Origin: Octopus bimaculoides
Taxonomy: Eukaryota
DNA length: 64,000 nt
NCBI RefSeq assembly: GCF_001194135.2
Contig: NC_068982.1
Span: forward strand, 98,884,345 to 98,948,344
Direction of reading: 5' to 3'
Shown: piece by piece, positions 1-14,181 of the stretch
How positions within the stretch are numbered: the first letter of the stretch is position 1
How the letters are laid out: every line of letters starts with the position of its first letter
The notes under the pieces: model-generated
Seen by the model: the letters and a program-made list of their open reading frames with translations, nothing else
What the model was told of the DNA's origin: nothing
Database searches by the model: none
Translations under genes and position numbers: made by a program

Positions 1-83
1 ACGGAAGGCAGAAATTATTCTCCAGCGTGAGTTGGAAACACAGGAAGATTGGGAAGATTTTCTTTCGAAAGAAGGCTTGTTAG
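1..83 (+). CDS. NME8: NME8 exon 1 (5'-partial)
   Basis: From position 2: [27 protein letters not shown]+g; donor GTCAGT at 84; phase 1. Confidence 0.88.
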   Translation, partial: GRQKLFSSVSWKHRKIGKIFFRKKAC

Positions 84-3000
84 GTCAGTTAAAAGTTGTT
101 ACAATCTGAGTGGCAAATCATAAGCATTGTTAATATTATTGAATTATTATAAAGGTTACCTCTCTTCTCTTTTTTTTTTTTCAGTTGGAGTTGCTATGTA
201 TCTCCATTATTGCAAAATGTCTGTTTCTGTAACCTGTCATCACATAACACAAAACCACCTCCCTCAATACCACTCCATATCTCAGTTAAGGGGTCTTTTT
301 CTTGCATGCTACTTGCCAACCTAAAGTGATGTGGCATCCAGCCTTGCAAACTCAAGACTGCTGCTACAAACAGGGCTACCTGGAGGTCAACTACCTACAC
401 TGTTGTAGCTACCTTTGAAGAGGATAAACAGCAATGCTTCACAGCCGCAAAAGATAGATGTCACCAGGCTACATCTTCCTCCGTCCCGACCACAGACTAC
501 CAGTATCCAACCTGCAGAGCTACATGCACTCCCACCACTGACTGCTGAGATCACAGACTATGTTTTCATTTTTTCATTGGAGATCGATGGACTATCAAAA
601 GATACTGGGTGTCCTTGCTGGTGCTGGTGCTACATAAATACCATTCAGTGCATTCTATAGGGAGATTGGCATTGAGAAGGGCATCCAGCTGTAGAAACCA
701 CACCAAAGCAAGCAGCAGAGCTTGGCACAGTCCTCTGGTTCATCAGCTTCTGTCAAACCATCCAAGCCATGGAAAATTGATGTTAAATGGTGATGGTCCT
801 TTTATTGTTTTACTTGTTTCAGTCATTTGACTGCAGCCATGCTGGAGCACCACATTGAAGGGTTTCCAATTGAATAAATTGACCCCAGGACTTATTTCTT
901 AAGCCTAGTACTTATTCTGTTGGCCTCTTTTGCAGAACTGTTAAGTTATGGGGAAGTAAACACACAAACACTGGTTGTTAAATGGTGATGGGGGAACAAA
1001 CACAGACGCAAAGATACATACACATAGATACACACACACATATATGATGGGCTTCTTTTAGTTTCCATCTACCAAATCCATTGACAAGGCTATAGTAGAA
1101 TACATTTACCCAAGGTACTATGCAGTGGAACTGAACCCTGAACCATGTGGTTGGGAGGCAAGCTTTTTACCACACAGTTACACCTGTTGAGGATGATGTT
1201 GCATCATTAGTAAACTATTGACTACTTGTTCTCATAACATCAGCAACCATGTTTTCTTGGTGTATATTTTTGGCAAGAAAGACAGATCTACTTGAAGATT
1301 CTTTCACTCTATTTTTTTTCAGCTTTTTCAGAGCTTGAAATTCCACATTGATTAAACTGTAATGTTTTATAAGCTAAATTGTGAAGATTGAGGTAAAGAA
1401 ATCAAACTGATACAAAAAAAAAACAACAAAAAAAAAGCAAAAAAAAAAAAAAACGCAATTGAAGAATTTGAACTTGAACTGAAATCCAACAAAAAAGCAA
1501 CCTGAACTTAAATTAATATAAAAAATATTTCATTTTTTTTGTCCCCTGCTCTTTTTAAATTTTGAGTTTCATTTCCCAAATTATAATTTTGGCTCTGTAA
1601 TCATCTCTACTAGAATAACTCCTCCTCTCCTCCTACCTGTTATAGAGACCCTAAAAAGGTCCATGGATCTTGCTGTTCTTCTTCTAAGTAATGAAAACTA
1701 TAAAATAAATAAAACACAATCTAGAATGCCTGTTGTAGTCAATTCAAAAGCCATAATTTGAACTTGAATTAGTACATCTACAGCATGAAAGTGATAGATT
1801 TAATACTTTAGTTGTTGTTGTTGTTGGCACTCCGTCGTTTACGATGTCGAGGGTTCCAGTTGATCCAATCAATGGAACAGCCTGCTCGTGAAATTAACGT
1901 GCAAGTGGCTGAGCACTCCACAGACACGTGTACCCTTAACATAGTTCTCGAGGATATTCAGCGTGACACAGTGTGACAAGGCTGACCCTTTGAATTACAG
2001 GCACAACAGAAACAGGAAGAAAGAGTGAGNNNNNNNNNNACCCTTAACATAGTTCTCGAGGATATTCAGCGTGACACAGTGTGACAAGGCTGACCCTTTG
2101 AATTACAGGCACAACAGAAACAGGAAGAAAGAGTGAGAAAAAGTTGTGGTGGAAGAGTACAGTAGGGTTCGCCACCATCCCCCTGCCAGAGCCTCGTGGA
2201 GCTTTAGGTGTTTTCGCTCAATAAACACTCACAACGCCCAGTCTGGGAATTGAAACTGCGATCCTATGACTGCGAGTCCGCGGCCCTAACCACTAGGCCA
2301 TTGCACCTCCACAAATACTTTAGTACAACCCATTAAATTGCTGTATGCTGAGATTGCATGACAGTTTTTAAGCTTTCTTAATTTGGATGAAAAAAAATTC
2401 CTTTTTTTATACATGCATTATAAAAAAATAAATAAAATAAACAACAGAACAAAAAGCAATAGAAAGGTCTTTTATCAAGTTGTCTGTTTATGAATGTATA
2501 AAGACAACAAATAAGGGGGTTTTTTTTATGGTTCTCATAGTAACCATAACGGTTGTATGTTTATCAAAAATGAAATAACTGGGTAAAGGCACATGGCTTA
2601 GTGGTTAGGGTGTTACACTCGCAGTTACAAGACTCTGGTTTCAATTCTCAGACAAAGTAGTGTGTTGTGTTCTTGAGCAATACACTTCATTTCACATTAT
2701 TCCCGTTCGCTCAGGAGTAAATGAGCAACCCTGTGACAGACTGACACCTTGTTCAAAGAATATGTTATGATCTCAGCCATTTATACATGATGGAAACCAG
2801 ATAACCAGCCCTATGGGCCCTAGGACTCAAGACTGTAATGTCCAGTGGTTGCTGATGATGAGGAAGATGAGGAGGGGAGGCAGACAAAAGGTTTATGATC
2901 TATGTAATACCTTTTTTGTTTCTAAAATACTATTTAGTGGAGTAGTTAAGAATGGCTCAGTGGTTAGAGCATTGGGCTCACAATCATGAGGTAGTGAGTT

Positions 3001-6000
3001 TGATTCCTGGATCAGGCTGTGTGTTGTGTTCTTGAGCAAGACACTTAATTTCACATTGCTCCAGGTTACTTAGCTGTAAAATGAGTTGCGACATCACTGT
3101 TGCCAAGCTGTATCAGCCTTTGCTTTTCCTGTGGATAACATTGGTGGTATAGAAAGGAGAGGCTGGTATGCATGGGTGACTGCTGGTCTTCCATAAACAA
3201 CTTTGGCTGGACTTGTGCCTCGGACAGGAATTTTCTAGGTGCAATCCCATGGTCATTCATGACTGAAGGGTGTCTTTACCCTTTTATTCCTTAAAGGGTC
3301 GAAGTGGTCATGAATGTAGAATATTGGCTTGAAGATTATAAAGTGACTTGTTATACCACAGATCCTACTCACCCCACTGCCTATCATGGGTTTATCTTGA
3401 CACAAGTTAAGAATTAATTTTTCTGACTGACATTAAACATGTACAAAGTTCATAGGGAAGTAATATGAACGAAGAGAAAATCAAAGAATATCAAAATAAT
3501 CGCTCTCCCACATTGAAATAATTATATTGATAAGACATGAGTCAATGACAGAAATATTGAATTAGTAGTTTCTTAGATTTGACAGCTTAATGGATCCAAT
3601 TTGAGGATGAAATTTATATGGGGCTGGTACTGGGTTAGACAAAGATTTTCTGTAGATCTGAATTTGTCACTGGACACCAATACATGTGAGAACTGATATA
3701 TTTGAAGGCAGTGGGAGAAAAAAAATCCCTAAGAATGTATTTTTAATACATCATTAATATATATTGATATATTTTGCCTGCAACAAGCTGGCAGAACTAT
3801 TAGCATATCAGAGACAAAATACATAGTGGCATTTCTTCCAGTTCTTTACATTTTGAGTTCAAATTCCACTGGGGCTGGCTTTGCCTTTCATCCTTTAAGA
3901 ATTGATAAAATAAGTACCAGTTGAACACTGGGGTTGATGTAATCTACTAATCCCTCTCGTTAAAACTGCTGGTCCTTAGCCAAAATTTGAAACAATTTAT
4001 TATTATTTCATCATGATCATTGTCAACATCATCCTCATGCATTTAATGTCCACTTTTCCATGCTTACATAGATCAGATGGAATTTTATTGAGGTGGTGTA
4101 GCAGAAGTGATTTACACGGTCACTATGTGTGAGGTGTTTTCGTTTTGACTCATGTAGGCTTAAATACTCGGATATCGGCTCCATGAGCCCTTTTCATTCC
4201 AGCAGATCACATGACAGTTTCCACAACAGTTCATTTTTTCCTTACGTGGGAAATTAATCACCAACTCTAAGAGCCTACTGATCTCAATAAGAACGACAAT
4301 TTTCAACTGCTCTTGGTCTTTGGCACATGCCACTGACCACTTACAACTCTTCTCCAGCAACGATGTATCTGACACCAGCCAGTCTCTGCTTTCATCTCTA
4401 CCAGATACCTGCCTACATCGTTGTTGTATGAACATCACATGACCAACAGACCAACAGCTGCCTCTACACACCACCAAACAGTATGTCGACGATGTCTACA
4501 AGATCTACAGTCCAGCCTAACCACAAAGTCTCTCACACATCCTTGTTGTAACCTGTTATGCTATTTTATTTCATGCATGGCAATCATTGTATTTTATAAC
4601 AGAGAATAAATCATCGCTTACCCATTCATTTCATCTCAAGTTATCTATCATTTTTACATTTCCCTCATTAACCATCTTCATTATAGTGGGTTTTCTAAGA
4701 TCACATGCCCTTCCTGTCACTAGTCCCCACCTGTTTCCAGGCAAGGAAATATTTCCCCATAACCTGATGTCAAATCAAGTAGACACAAATATATGCAAAG
4801 ACACCTACACACACACACATACACACAACAGGCTTCTTTCAGTTTCTATCTACCATATCTGCTCACAAGGCTTTGGTCAGCTTGTGGCTATAGTAGAAAA
4901 CACCTGCCCAAGGTGCCACATAGTGGAACTGAACACGAAACCATGTGGTTGGAAAGCAACCTTCTTACCACACAGCCATGCTTGTACCTATTTCTTTTGT
5001 TTAAAATCTTAAAATTTTCCTGATTTTTAAAGAGTTTTCCTGACAAGTAAAGATATTATTTTCATCATGATCATTATTTCAATTATTTTAATTAAACATT
5101 GATTGCAAATCCTTCCAGTGATTGATGTATACCAAGAATGGGCTGGTCCCTGTACATCTTTGGTGAATAACTTCAAGAAACTGAGGAATGAACTTAGTGA
5201 TGACTTCTTGCGCTATGCTGTGGTAAGGTTATTTAATATTGCATTTTTGTTTTGGTGTTTTAATTTTATTTTCCTTAACATGCTTTTAAGCTATTTTAAT
5301 TTTTTTTTTAAATCAAAATCAAGAAGTCTTAAAATTCTTATACAGTCCAAGGATGTAGGATCTATGGGTTGCACTAAAAAGTATTTAATTTGTTACATTT
5401 ATACATTTATAGACCTACTTATGCAAAACTGATTCAAACTTTTGAATTTACTACAGCTAGCATTCTAGACTGTATCTTCTCCTTCTTCCTTCTCCTCTTC
5501 CCTTCCTCCTCTTTCCTCTGCCTCTTCCTCCCTTCTTCCTCTATTTCTTTCTCCGTTTCCCCCTCCTTTTCCTAGACCCCCATCTGCCTCCTCCCTTCCA
5601 CATCACTTCTTCCCTTCTCCCCTCCTCCTCTTCCTTCTCCCCTCCTCCTCTTCCTTCTCCCCTCCTCCTCTTCCTTCTCCCCTCCTCCTCTTCCCCTTCT
5701 CATCCACTCCCACCACCACCACNNNNNNNNNNNNNNNNNNNNNNNNNNNNNNNNNNNNNNNNNNNNNNNNNNNNNNNNNNNNNNNNNNNNNNNNNNNNNN
5801 NNNNNNNNNNNNNNNNNNNNNNNNNNNNNNNNNNNNNNNNNNNNNNNNNNNNNNNNNNNNNNNNNNNNNNNNNNNNNNNNNNNNNNNNNNNNNNNNNNNN
5901 NNNNNNNNNNNNNNNNNNNNNNNNNNNNNNNNNNNNNNNNNNNNNNNNNNNNNNNNNNNNNNNNNNNNNNNNNNNNNNNNNNNNNNNNNNNNNNNNNNNN

Positions 6001-9000
6001 NNNNNNNNNNNNNNNNNNNNNNNNNNNNNNNNNNNNNNNNNNNNNNNNNNNNNNNNNNNNNNNNNNNNNNNNNNNNNNNNNNNNNNNNNNNCCCTAATAC
6101 TAAACGTTATTTTGGAATGTACCCAAACATTTTAGCTGTTGCTGCATTTGTAAATTAAATATTTTCATTGAAATTATTAGATATATGAAGCAGTCATAAA
6201 GGGCATCATGTTTATTATACAGCTTCACTCAGGATAGTAAAAGAGGGTTTAATTGGACAATGCCAATTCTACAAGGTGTTCAAAAAGTTTCTCCACATTG
6301 AATGTTTTTCATCCTGACTCTCCAAGAGTCAGACTGTCCAAGAGTCAGACTGTCCAAGAGTCAGACTCTCCAAGATGTATTTCAAAACATGTTTAGAAGA
6401 GTCAACTTATGTACTGAAAATGAAGGATGACACTTTCAACACCACCTTATAAAGTCTTTTTAAAGTCTTGTAAAGTCTAATATATTCTTTTGTAGTCTTA
6501 TATATTCTTTTGTAGTCTTATACCATCTTATAAATATTTATTTTGCAATGAAATACTTATTGCGGAGAGACTTTTTGAACACCTTGTAGTTTATTATCTT
6601 CCATCAACAATTAAAAATCCTACATTTTAAAGCCACTAAGAAATTCATTTAATTTATTTAATTAATTTATGTGCATAGTGACATCTAAAATTTTTGGGTA
6701 TATGCCAAAATAATCTTTAGTATGGAAATTAAATGTTACTGGCACATCAGCAATTTAGACTTTTCTAGTGCGCTGTTTTCTTTACAAATGGCTGGAGATA
6801 ACTTTCAACAGTAGCCCCTCACGAATTACAAAGAACATCTCTATGTAGTTAACTACTATAAATAAAAGTTAAATTTTCCTCAAATCACACTTACTTTCTT
6901 AAAAGAGAAGGGCCATATTAGATTATATGGCCCTAGATTCACAATGCTTGATAAAAATCAAAATTGAGATACAAAATATGAGATGGTCTTTGCTATAAAT
7001 CTTTTGATCATAGATATGCTGAATCAAAGCTGATCTGAAGCTAAACAATACTAACATCAACTTCTCTCACTAAGTTGTGCAATAAACATGAAATTATAGT
7101 TGATCTTTTTTAAGGATCAATGCTCTGTCAGACTGTCTTTATTTCTATGTATTTAAATCATCATGAATCTCTTCTAAAAAAGAGGAAATTATATTTGTGA
7201 CATCCTAGTAATGTGAACTGATACCCATAATTATATTTAGTGATCAAATAAACTAACTTAATTTTTCCCAACTAATCAGTGATTAGTGTGCTATTATATC
7301 AACAGGCATATCTGAATGACAATAGCAGTGACTACCTTGGTCACTCCAACAGCTGCTGCTGATCTGCTGTAACTAGGACTCACATAGCACACCTAATTTA
7401 ACCAATTTCTGGTTTACTTTCATTGAAAATGCATGTCAGCTAGACTATAATATGATATATGTATGCACAAGTCTACTGAAGATCACTTGCATGCTTGTAC
7501 ACTTATTACAAGCACATACATGAATGTACTTTCATGTAGATATGCATGTACTTTCAACTAGCCTACTATGAGCAAATAGAGAATATTTTTTATTTATTTC
7601 ATGTATATTATAGTATTAAACAGACTTTATAACTTTATTTTGTTTTTTATCTTTTGGTTGAATTTATATTTTCTTTGGAAAATTATGTATTAATCATCAA
7701 CTTCTTAAACACTACATTAATCTCACCAATTCCAATCTCTGTTCCTAATAGTTGCAGCTTGAAGAGTTTCCAAGTTTCCTTCCCAATATTCACACAATCA
7801 CAAATACCCATTCAGTTGACATAATCATCCATTCTGTTTAACAGATTTCAATATTTTCATAGAATTTATTACTAATATATTTCCTGTCATTGTTTTCAGG
7901 CAAAAGCTGATAGAATTGAGTCATTGGTGCTCTACAGGGGGAAATGTAAGCCTTGTTTCCTTTTCTTTGCTGTAAGTATGGAGGGACACTCCCTGGGCAT
8001 GTGCTCTATTTTTTAGCTATAACTATGTAGCAAATATAATCTGAATTTTGTCTGTTATATGCAGTAGAAATAGTATTAAATTAAAATAGCCATCTGTGTG
8101 TCATAATTAATATAAATACATCGTTAAAAGGCAATTTACTTTGATATTCTTCCAGAAATAACATTTGTTAAGGGTTTGATGCATTTAAAACACAAAATAC
8201 AAGGGGGTACCCCAAAGTAACCAGAAATGTTCTCTGTGGGACAAGCCCATTGTAGTTCAGGCTTCTGCCACTAGAAGCCACTTGATGTGACCCACAGGCA
8301 TCAGTCTGCTGACCATCATCTTCGAGTGAAGTTGTACTGCCACATGCAGTGCTTTTCCCTTGTATGTCAATTTTGCAATCGCTGAAATGAAGGAACACTG
8401 TGCTTCCATGAAATTTTGTTTTCTGCCAGGAAAAACAGTGGCTGAAACTGTTATCATACTTCAAACAGCTCTCGAGAATGGTACCACGAGCAAAACACAA
8501 GTTTATGAGTAATTTCCACACTCTAGGAATGGTCACTTGTTGCTTGAGGACCAACCTCATTCAGGATGACCGTCGACCTCCCGAACTAATGAAAATATGA
8601 ATATTCATGAACTGAGCAATTGACAAACTTGTTGATGTGATTGGTGTGTCCTGGAGCTCCTGCCAATGAAATTTGTGCAAAGAATTGCGAATGAAATGAG
8701 CTTCAGCAAAATTTGTGCCCCGCTTGCTCAAGGAAGATCAAAATCAGTCATGACTGAATGTGTGTCGTGAACTGAAAGAACAGTTGGAGGTTAATCTGGA
8801 CCATTTTTTGGGAAGATCATCACTAGTGATAAAAGCTGGTGCTACAGAATTTGTAGATGCGAAAGAGGTAAAAAAAAAAACTGATGGAGGCATTAAAAGG
8901 CATCACTTCAAAAGAGTTCCAGCACTGCTTCTAACAGTGGAAAATGCCTGGACCAATGCATTGCTTCAAATGAAGAATACTTTGAAGACAGTAAACGGGT

Positions 9001-12000
9001 AAACGTGTAAAGCTAAGTGAATTAAATAATATTGCACAATTCCAATTTCTTTTGGGTATCCCCTCGTATATCAGAGAGGAGGATGAAAATTGTCCTAGCA
9101 GAGTCTAGCAAGAACACCAGATATCCTTCTGATCACCAACCCATTAGTTACTTCATATAATATGCAGGGACATGATGAACCTATTCTAAAACCAAGTTAT
9201 ATACAGAAAAACTAAAAAACTATGTATATAGTATTTGTTATGCTATGTTTCTCTGTTATGATATGTTAATATACATATAATATACATTATATGATGTTAC
9301 AATTTGTATAATATATAATATGTCAAATTATCTTGTTAGGGTGGAGTGTTGGTTAATGTTATAAGAGGAGCACAATACCCATTGATAAGAAGTACCATTA
9401 TCGATGAGTTGGCACAAGAGCACAAAGTACTGGATGGAGAAGCTCGCAGAGTAAAGGTTTGTATTAGTTTACTAATCTATAGAGAATCACAGTTGGTTTA
9501 TATGCTTTTGACTGTCATACGAACTATTAGTAGTTCATAATATGTCACCAATAACATACTGTGTAAGGGGCCAAGACACAAATTTGAATCCTTTAGCATT
9601 TAACTGGCCATATCAAGCCAGAATATTCTACCTGTTTTATATTTAAAATAGCTAGATCTGGTTTCTCGCACCTACCATACAATGTCATTTTAAAAACAAA
9701 CAATCACATCATTGAAATCTCAAAACTATAAGATAATGTATGATTAATTCAAAACAATTTGAATAAATAAACATTATATTTGAATAATTGGAATGCTAAA
9801 GGGTTAATAGGCCCTTTTGCAGCTGGCTGTAAACTGGCAGTAAAAGAATTTACTCTATTCTTCCAGTAACTGACAAAATACAATGATACATATATCACTA
9901 TATGATCAGTGAGTTGTGGGGAGCATCATTTTGTGCAGCCACTGACAGAATGTAGAAGCAGTAAAAGTTGTGTGATGACGATATTCACCTCACAACCATG
10001 TGACTCCTGTAGAGAAAACAGAGGCATTAGGAGGAAGGCAGTGGATTGGGGGTCGCTATGAATTTATAATAAGGGTGACCATACAATCAACTAGGAATGC
10101 CAGCTTTGTCGTTGTTTCACTCAAATGATGATAAGTATGGAATATCAATATTCATGTATGTTTACATATTAACACTCACAAGCATCTGATTCCACCCCTC
10201 CCCCTACTTCCTCATTTAATGCATAAAACATACATGAATTAGATCTTCCTAAGATTAGTGGATCATATAGGAAACTTTTCAATAAGCATAAATAAAGGAT
10301 CTTGTTCAGCTGTGCACCAAATGGAAAAGAAAAGTATTAGTCAATACTCCAAAACTGTAAACAGAGCCATGATGCTAATGTAGGGTTTACAGTGAATTCC
10401 CAGTGAATAGTCAATGCAATGCAGAAGCTGTGGTCTACAAAGCAAAAAATAGCCTTGACGAATATGAATAGGATGATGTATATACAAAAATATGTCATAA
10501 CACTGGAGAGCTCCTTAAGGCTAGGCTGAATAATCACAGACTCTCTTTTATAATAATCACAAACCCAGGGAAGATGTAATATCATAACTTTAACCTGCTA
10601 TGCATGGTAATTAAAAAAGGGTGCAATGTTGTATAACATCACATGGAGATTACCAGAATGATCTAGGCTGTATCTTAATGGAAGCAGGAGATGCAGGCTC
10701 TGCTTGACAGAGAAGAGAACTGTTCTAAGATATCCATGTAATGTGGGACTGGAGAGTAATACATACATAACCTTCACATTTCATTCATGGCAAACACCAG
10801 TCCATGGGGAATAACTCTTCCTGTCTTCTTCCTTCTCCAAAACATTTTTTTTACTAGATTTTGTTCCACCCTTTTGCCACCACTGAATCAAACTAGAGTC
10901 TATGCACTTCCATGCAAAAGAAGTTTTATGCTCATAGACAGCATGTCTGAAGACACTTCAATATTGTTTAGTGGCAATATTCAGCACTAAGTCAACAGTA
11001 ACATTCTGGCCAGTTATATGCCATAGACAATAATATTTTACTTAATGGTATAAAAATATACCTGCTCTGTTACTTAAATTGAGTGTGCTTCTATTTCTGA
11101 CATATGGACAACTAACTGATGATTTGTGTGTGTGTGTGTGTGTATGTGTGTGTGTGTGTACACATAACGTACACAAATCATCAGTTGCATGTGTGGGGGG
11201 GGGGTATGCTAAAGAGACGACATTGTGTGGGTATAACTAGAATTCTCCTACTGACATCGATACAGAATAAAAATATATTCTTACAAGCTACTAACATTTA
11301 CTCAGTACCTCATATTGTGTAATGATTTACATGTTTCCTGCTCTTGTTTTAAAAATCTGCAAGATTATTGATAAAGAACTCCCATTCGTAAAAGAACCAT
11401 CAGAATCTGAAGAGGAAGAAAGTGAAGTTGAAGGTGATAATCACTTCTAAACATTTTTTGGTTTCCTTTTCTTTTTTGCCTTTTTTTTTGTTTTACTTCA
11501 TTTTGTTTATGTTATTTTTTTACTTCAGTTATTGTTTGAGCATGGGTTGGTTGAGTCTTCAAATTTTGACATTTACTGAAATGAATTACTGTTGTTTTTA
11601 TTTTTCATCATCATCATTATCATTGTTTAACGTCCGCTTTCCATGCTAGCATGGGTTGGACGATTTGACTGAGGACTGGTGGACCAGGTGGCTACACCAG
11701 GCTCCAATCTGATTTGGCAGAGTTTCTACAGCTGGATGCCCTTCCCAATGCCAACCACTCCAAGAGTGTAGTAGGTGCTTTTACGTGCCACCTGCACAAG
11801 GGCCAGTCACACGGTACTGGCAACGGCCACGCTCAAAATGGTGTATTTTATGTGCCACCCACACAAGAGCCAGTCCAGGGGCACTGGCAATGATCTCGCT
11901 CGAAAATCCTTACACATGTCACGGGCACAAGTGCCAGAAAGGCGACGCTAGGCACAGGTGCTATCCCGATTTCGCTTTTGCTTGCCCCAATAAGTCTTCA

Positions 12001-13531
12001 CAAGCTGAGTTACGTGTCCAATGAAGGAGACGACGTAGAATTACTCAGCACTACAAAGTGCAGGGTCCAATTGGAGAATTGTTAGTGGGGTCCTCTACTC
12101 TACAAAAGCTGGAGATTGGCGTGTTACGCCTTGTGTAATATGCCTGTCTCAGTCATAAAGTATTGAGAGCTTGAGACTCCACCATTAGCTACAATGATAT
12201 ACTAAAAATTCATCATAGTGTCCTCTGCTTGAGCATGTGTGCAAGGCTCTCTCTTGGCATGGGACCCAATTTGAACAAATTTGTCTAGTTGATTTAAAAC
12301 CTGCCCTGCTGATGAATGACTTGTCAAATTACTTGTAGTGGATTTGAAACCATAAACCACTTTTAGTATTCATTACTACAACCATTCAATCATTATATCT
12401 TTCCATGCTATTGTTGCTATTATTTTCAATGAAATTCAAACTTCCAGGAATATTTCTTGTTACAGTACAGTTTGTGTTACAGTACTGCTCCTGTACAGTC
12501 CATGTTACAGTACAGTGTATGTTATAGTATTCTTTGTTACAGTATAGTGTATGTTACAGTATAGTTTATGTCACTTTACTATTTATGTTACAATACAGTT
12601 TATGTTACAGTAACAGTATATGTTACAACATTATAGGACAAAGTATATCAAAGTACAGTTTGTGTTACAGTAAAGTTTATGTTGATAGTAGAATGTATAT
12701 TTCATTGTAGATTATGCAACATTACAGTATAGTGTACAGTGCATATTACAAGACAGTCTATGTTACTACATATCTTATATCAATATTAGAGTACAGCTTT
12801 TATTACAGTATGGTTTATGTTATAGTACAGTTTATGTTACTATACAGAGTATATTTACAGGACAATCTATGATGCTCTATAGCTTATAATACAGCACAGT
12901 GTAGTTGTATGTGTTATAGTACAGTTTATATTATTTTACTATTTATGTTACAGTACAATGTATGTTACAAGACAGTCTGTGCTGATTTAGGTTATATAAC
13001 AGTACAGTATGTTACTGTACAATTTATGTTACATGGACCATTTATGTTACTGCAAAGTTTGTGTTACAGTCCATGTTACAGTAAATATTTCCTCTCAAAC
13101 AAACAAACAAGTGCAAAATTATTTTTCTTAAATTTTATTCTTCTATTTATAAATTTTTCCAAAAGAGCTACCTGACGAAGTTACTGTTGCTATTATTAAA
13201 CCTGATGCTGTGCAGGATGGGCAAGTGGAGACTATTATCAAAATGGTAAGTTACCCAGCATCTGTCTTGCTATCAATTGTAGTGCCATCTGCTTTAAGAG
13301 TTCCAGCTTCCTACTTGCCATCTATTCGTGTATGGTTGTGTGGTTAAGCACTTTGCTTCACAAACCACATTGTTTCATGTTCTATCCCACTGAAAGGTAC
13401 TTTGCATAAGTCCCTTCTAACATAGATTTGGTTCCACCAAAAGCCTATAAATGGAGTTTGGTAGGAAGAAATTGTGTTTAAGTTTCTATCATCATTAGTT
13501 GTCTGCTCTTTCATGTTGTGCTAAAATCATC

Positions 13532-13568
<37 letters not shown>

Positions 13569-13586
13569 CACACACACACACACACA

Positions 13587-13644
<58 letters not shown>

Positions 13645-14145
13645 TTCACTCCTGTTCTCCTTCGCTTATAGGGGTCTTTTTAAGTCCTTTAGTCTTGTAA
13701 GCAACTTCGCTAGTGCAGTAAAAAAAAAGAAGAAGAAATGATAGAAAAATACCTACTAAGTACACTTTGTAACTTGGTTGATGAAAGGAAGAGCTTCCAA
13801 CCATAGAAACCATTCCAAAACACATTGGAGCACACTGCAATCCTTCAACTCATCAAATCCACCTGTTCAACTGTCCAATCCATGCTTGCATAGAAAGTAT
13901 GTTTAATGATGATGACAACGACGACGATGGAGATGATGTTACACACACACACACACACACATACATTCACTGTAGGCACTATTACGGCTCTGTGTTTGTT
14001 TAAGATGTTTGTATCGCAAACACATTGTTTAGGCTTCAGTTCTCCTGCTCACCACTGAGGGCAAGAGTTTTCTACAATAACCTTAGGTCAACCAAGTCCC
14101 TGTGCATGAATTTGGTTTGGTTAATGGAAACTGAAAAAAATTGTA

Positions 14146-14181
<36 letters not shown>

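Noticed and set aside
1932-2137. 98-bp direct duplication (1932-2029 and 2040-2137)
   Set aside because: The copies are identical and flank a 10-N gap inside a SINE whose other copies lack the duplication: a contig-overlap artefact
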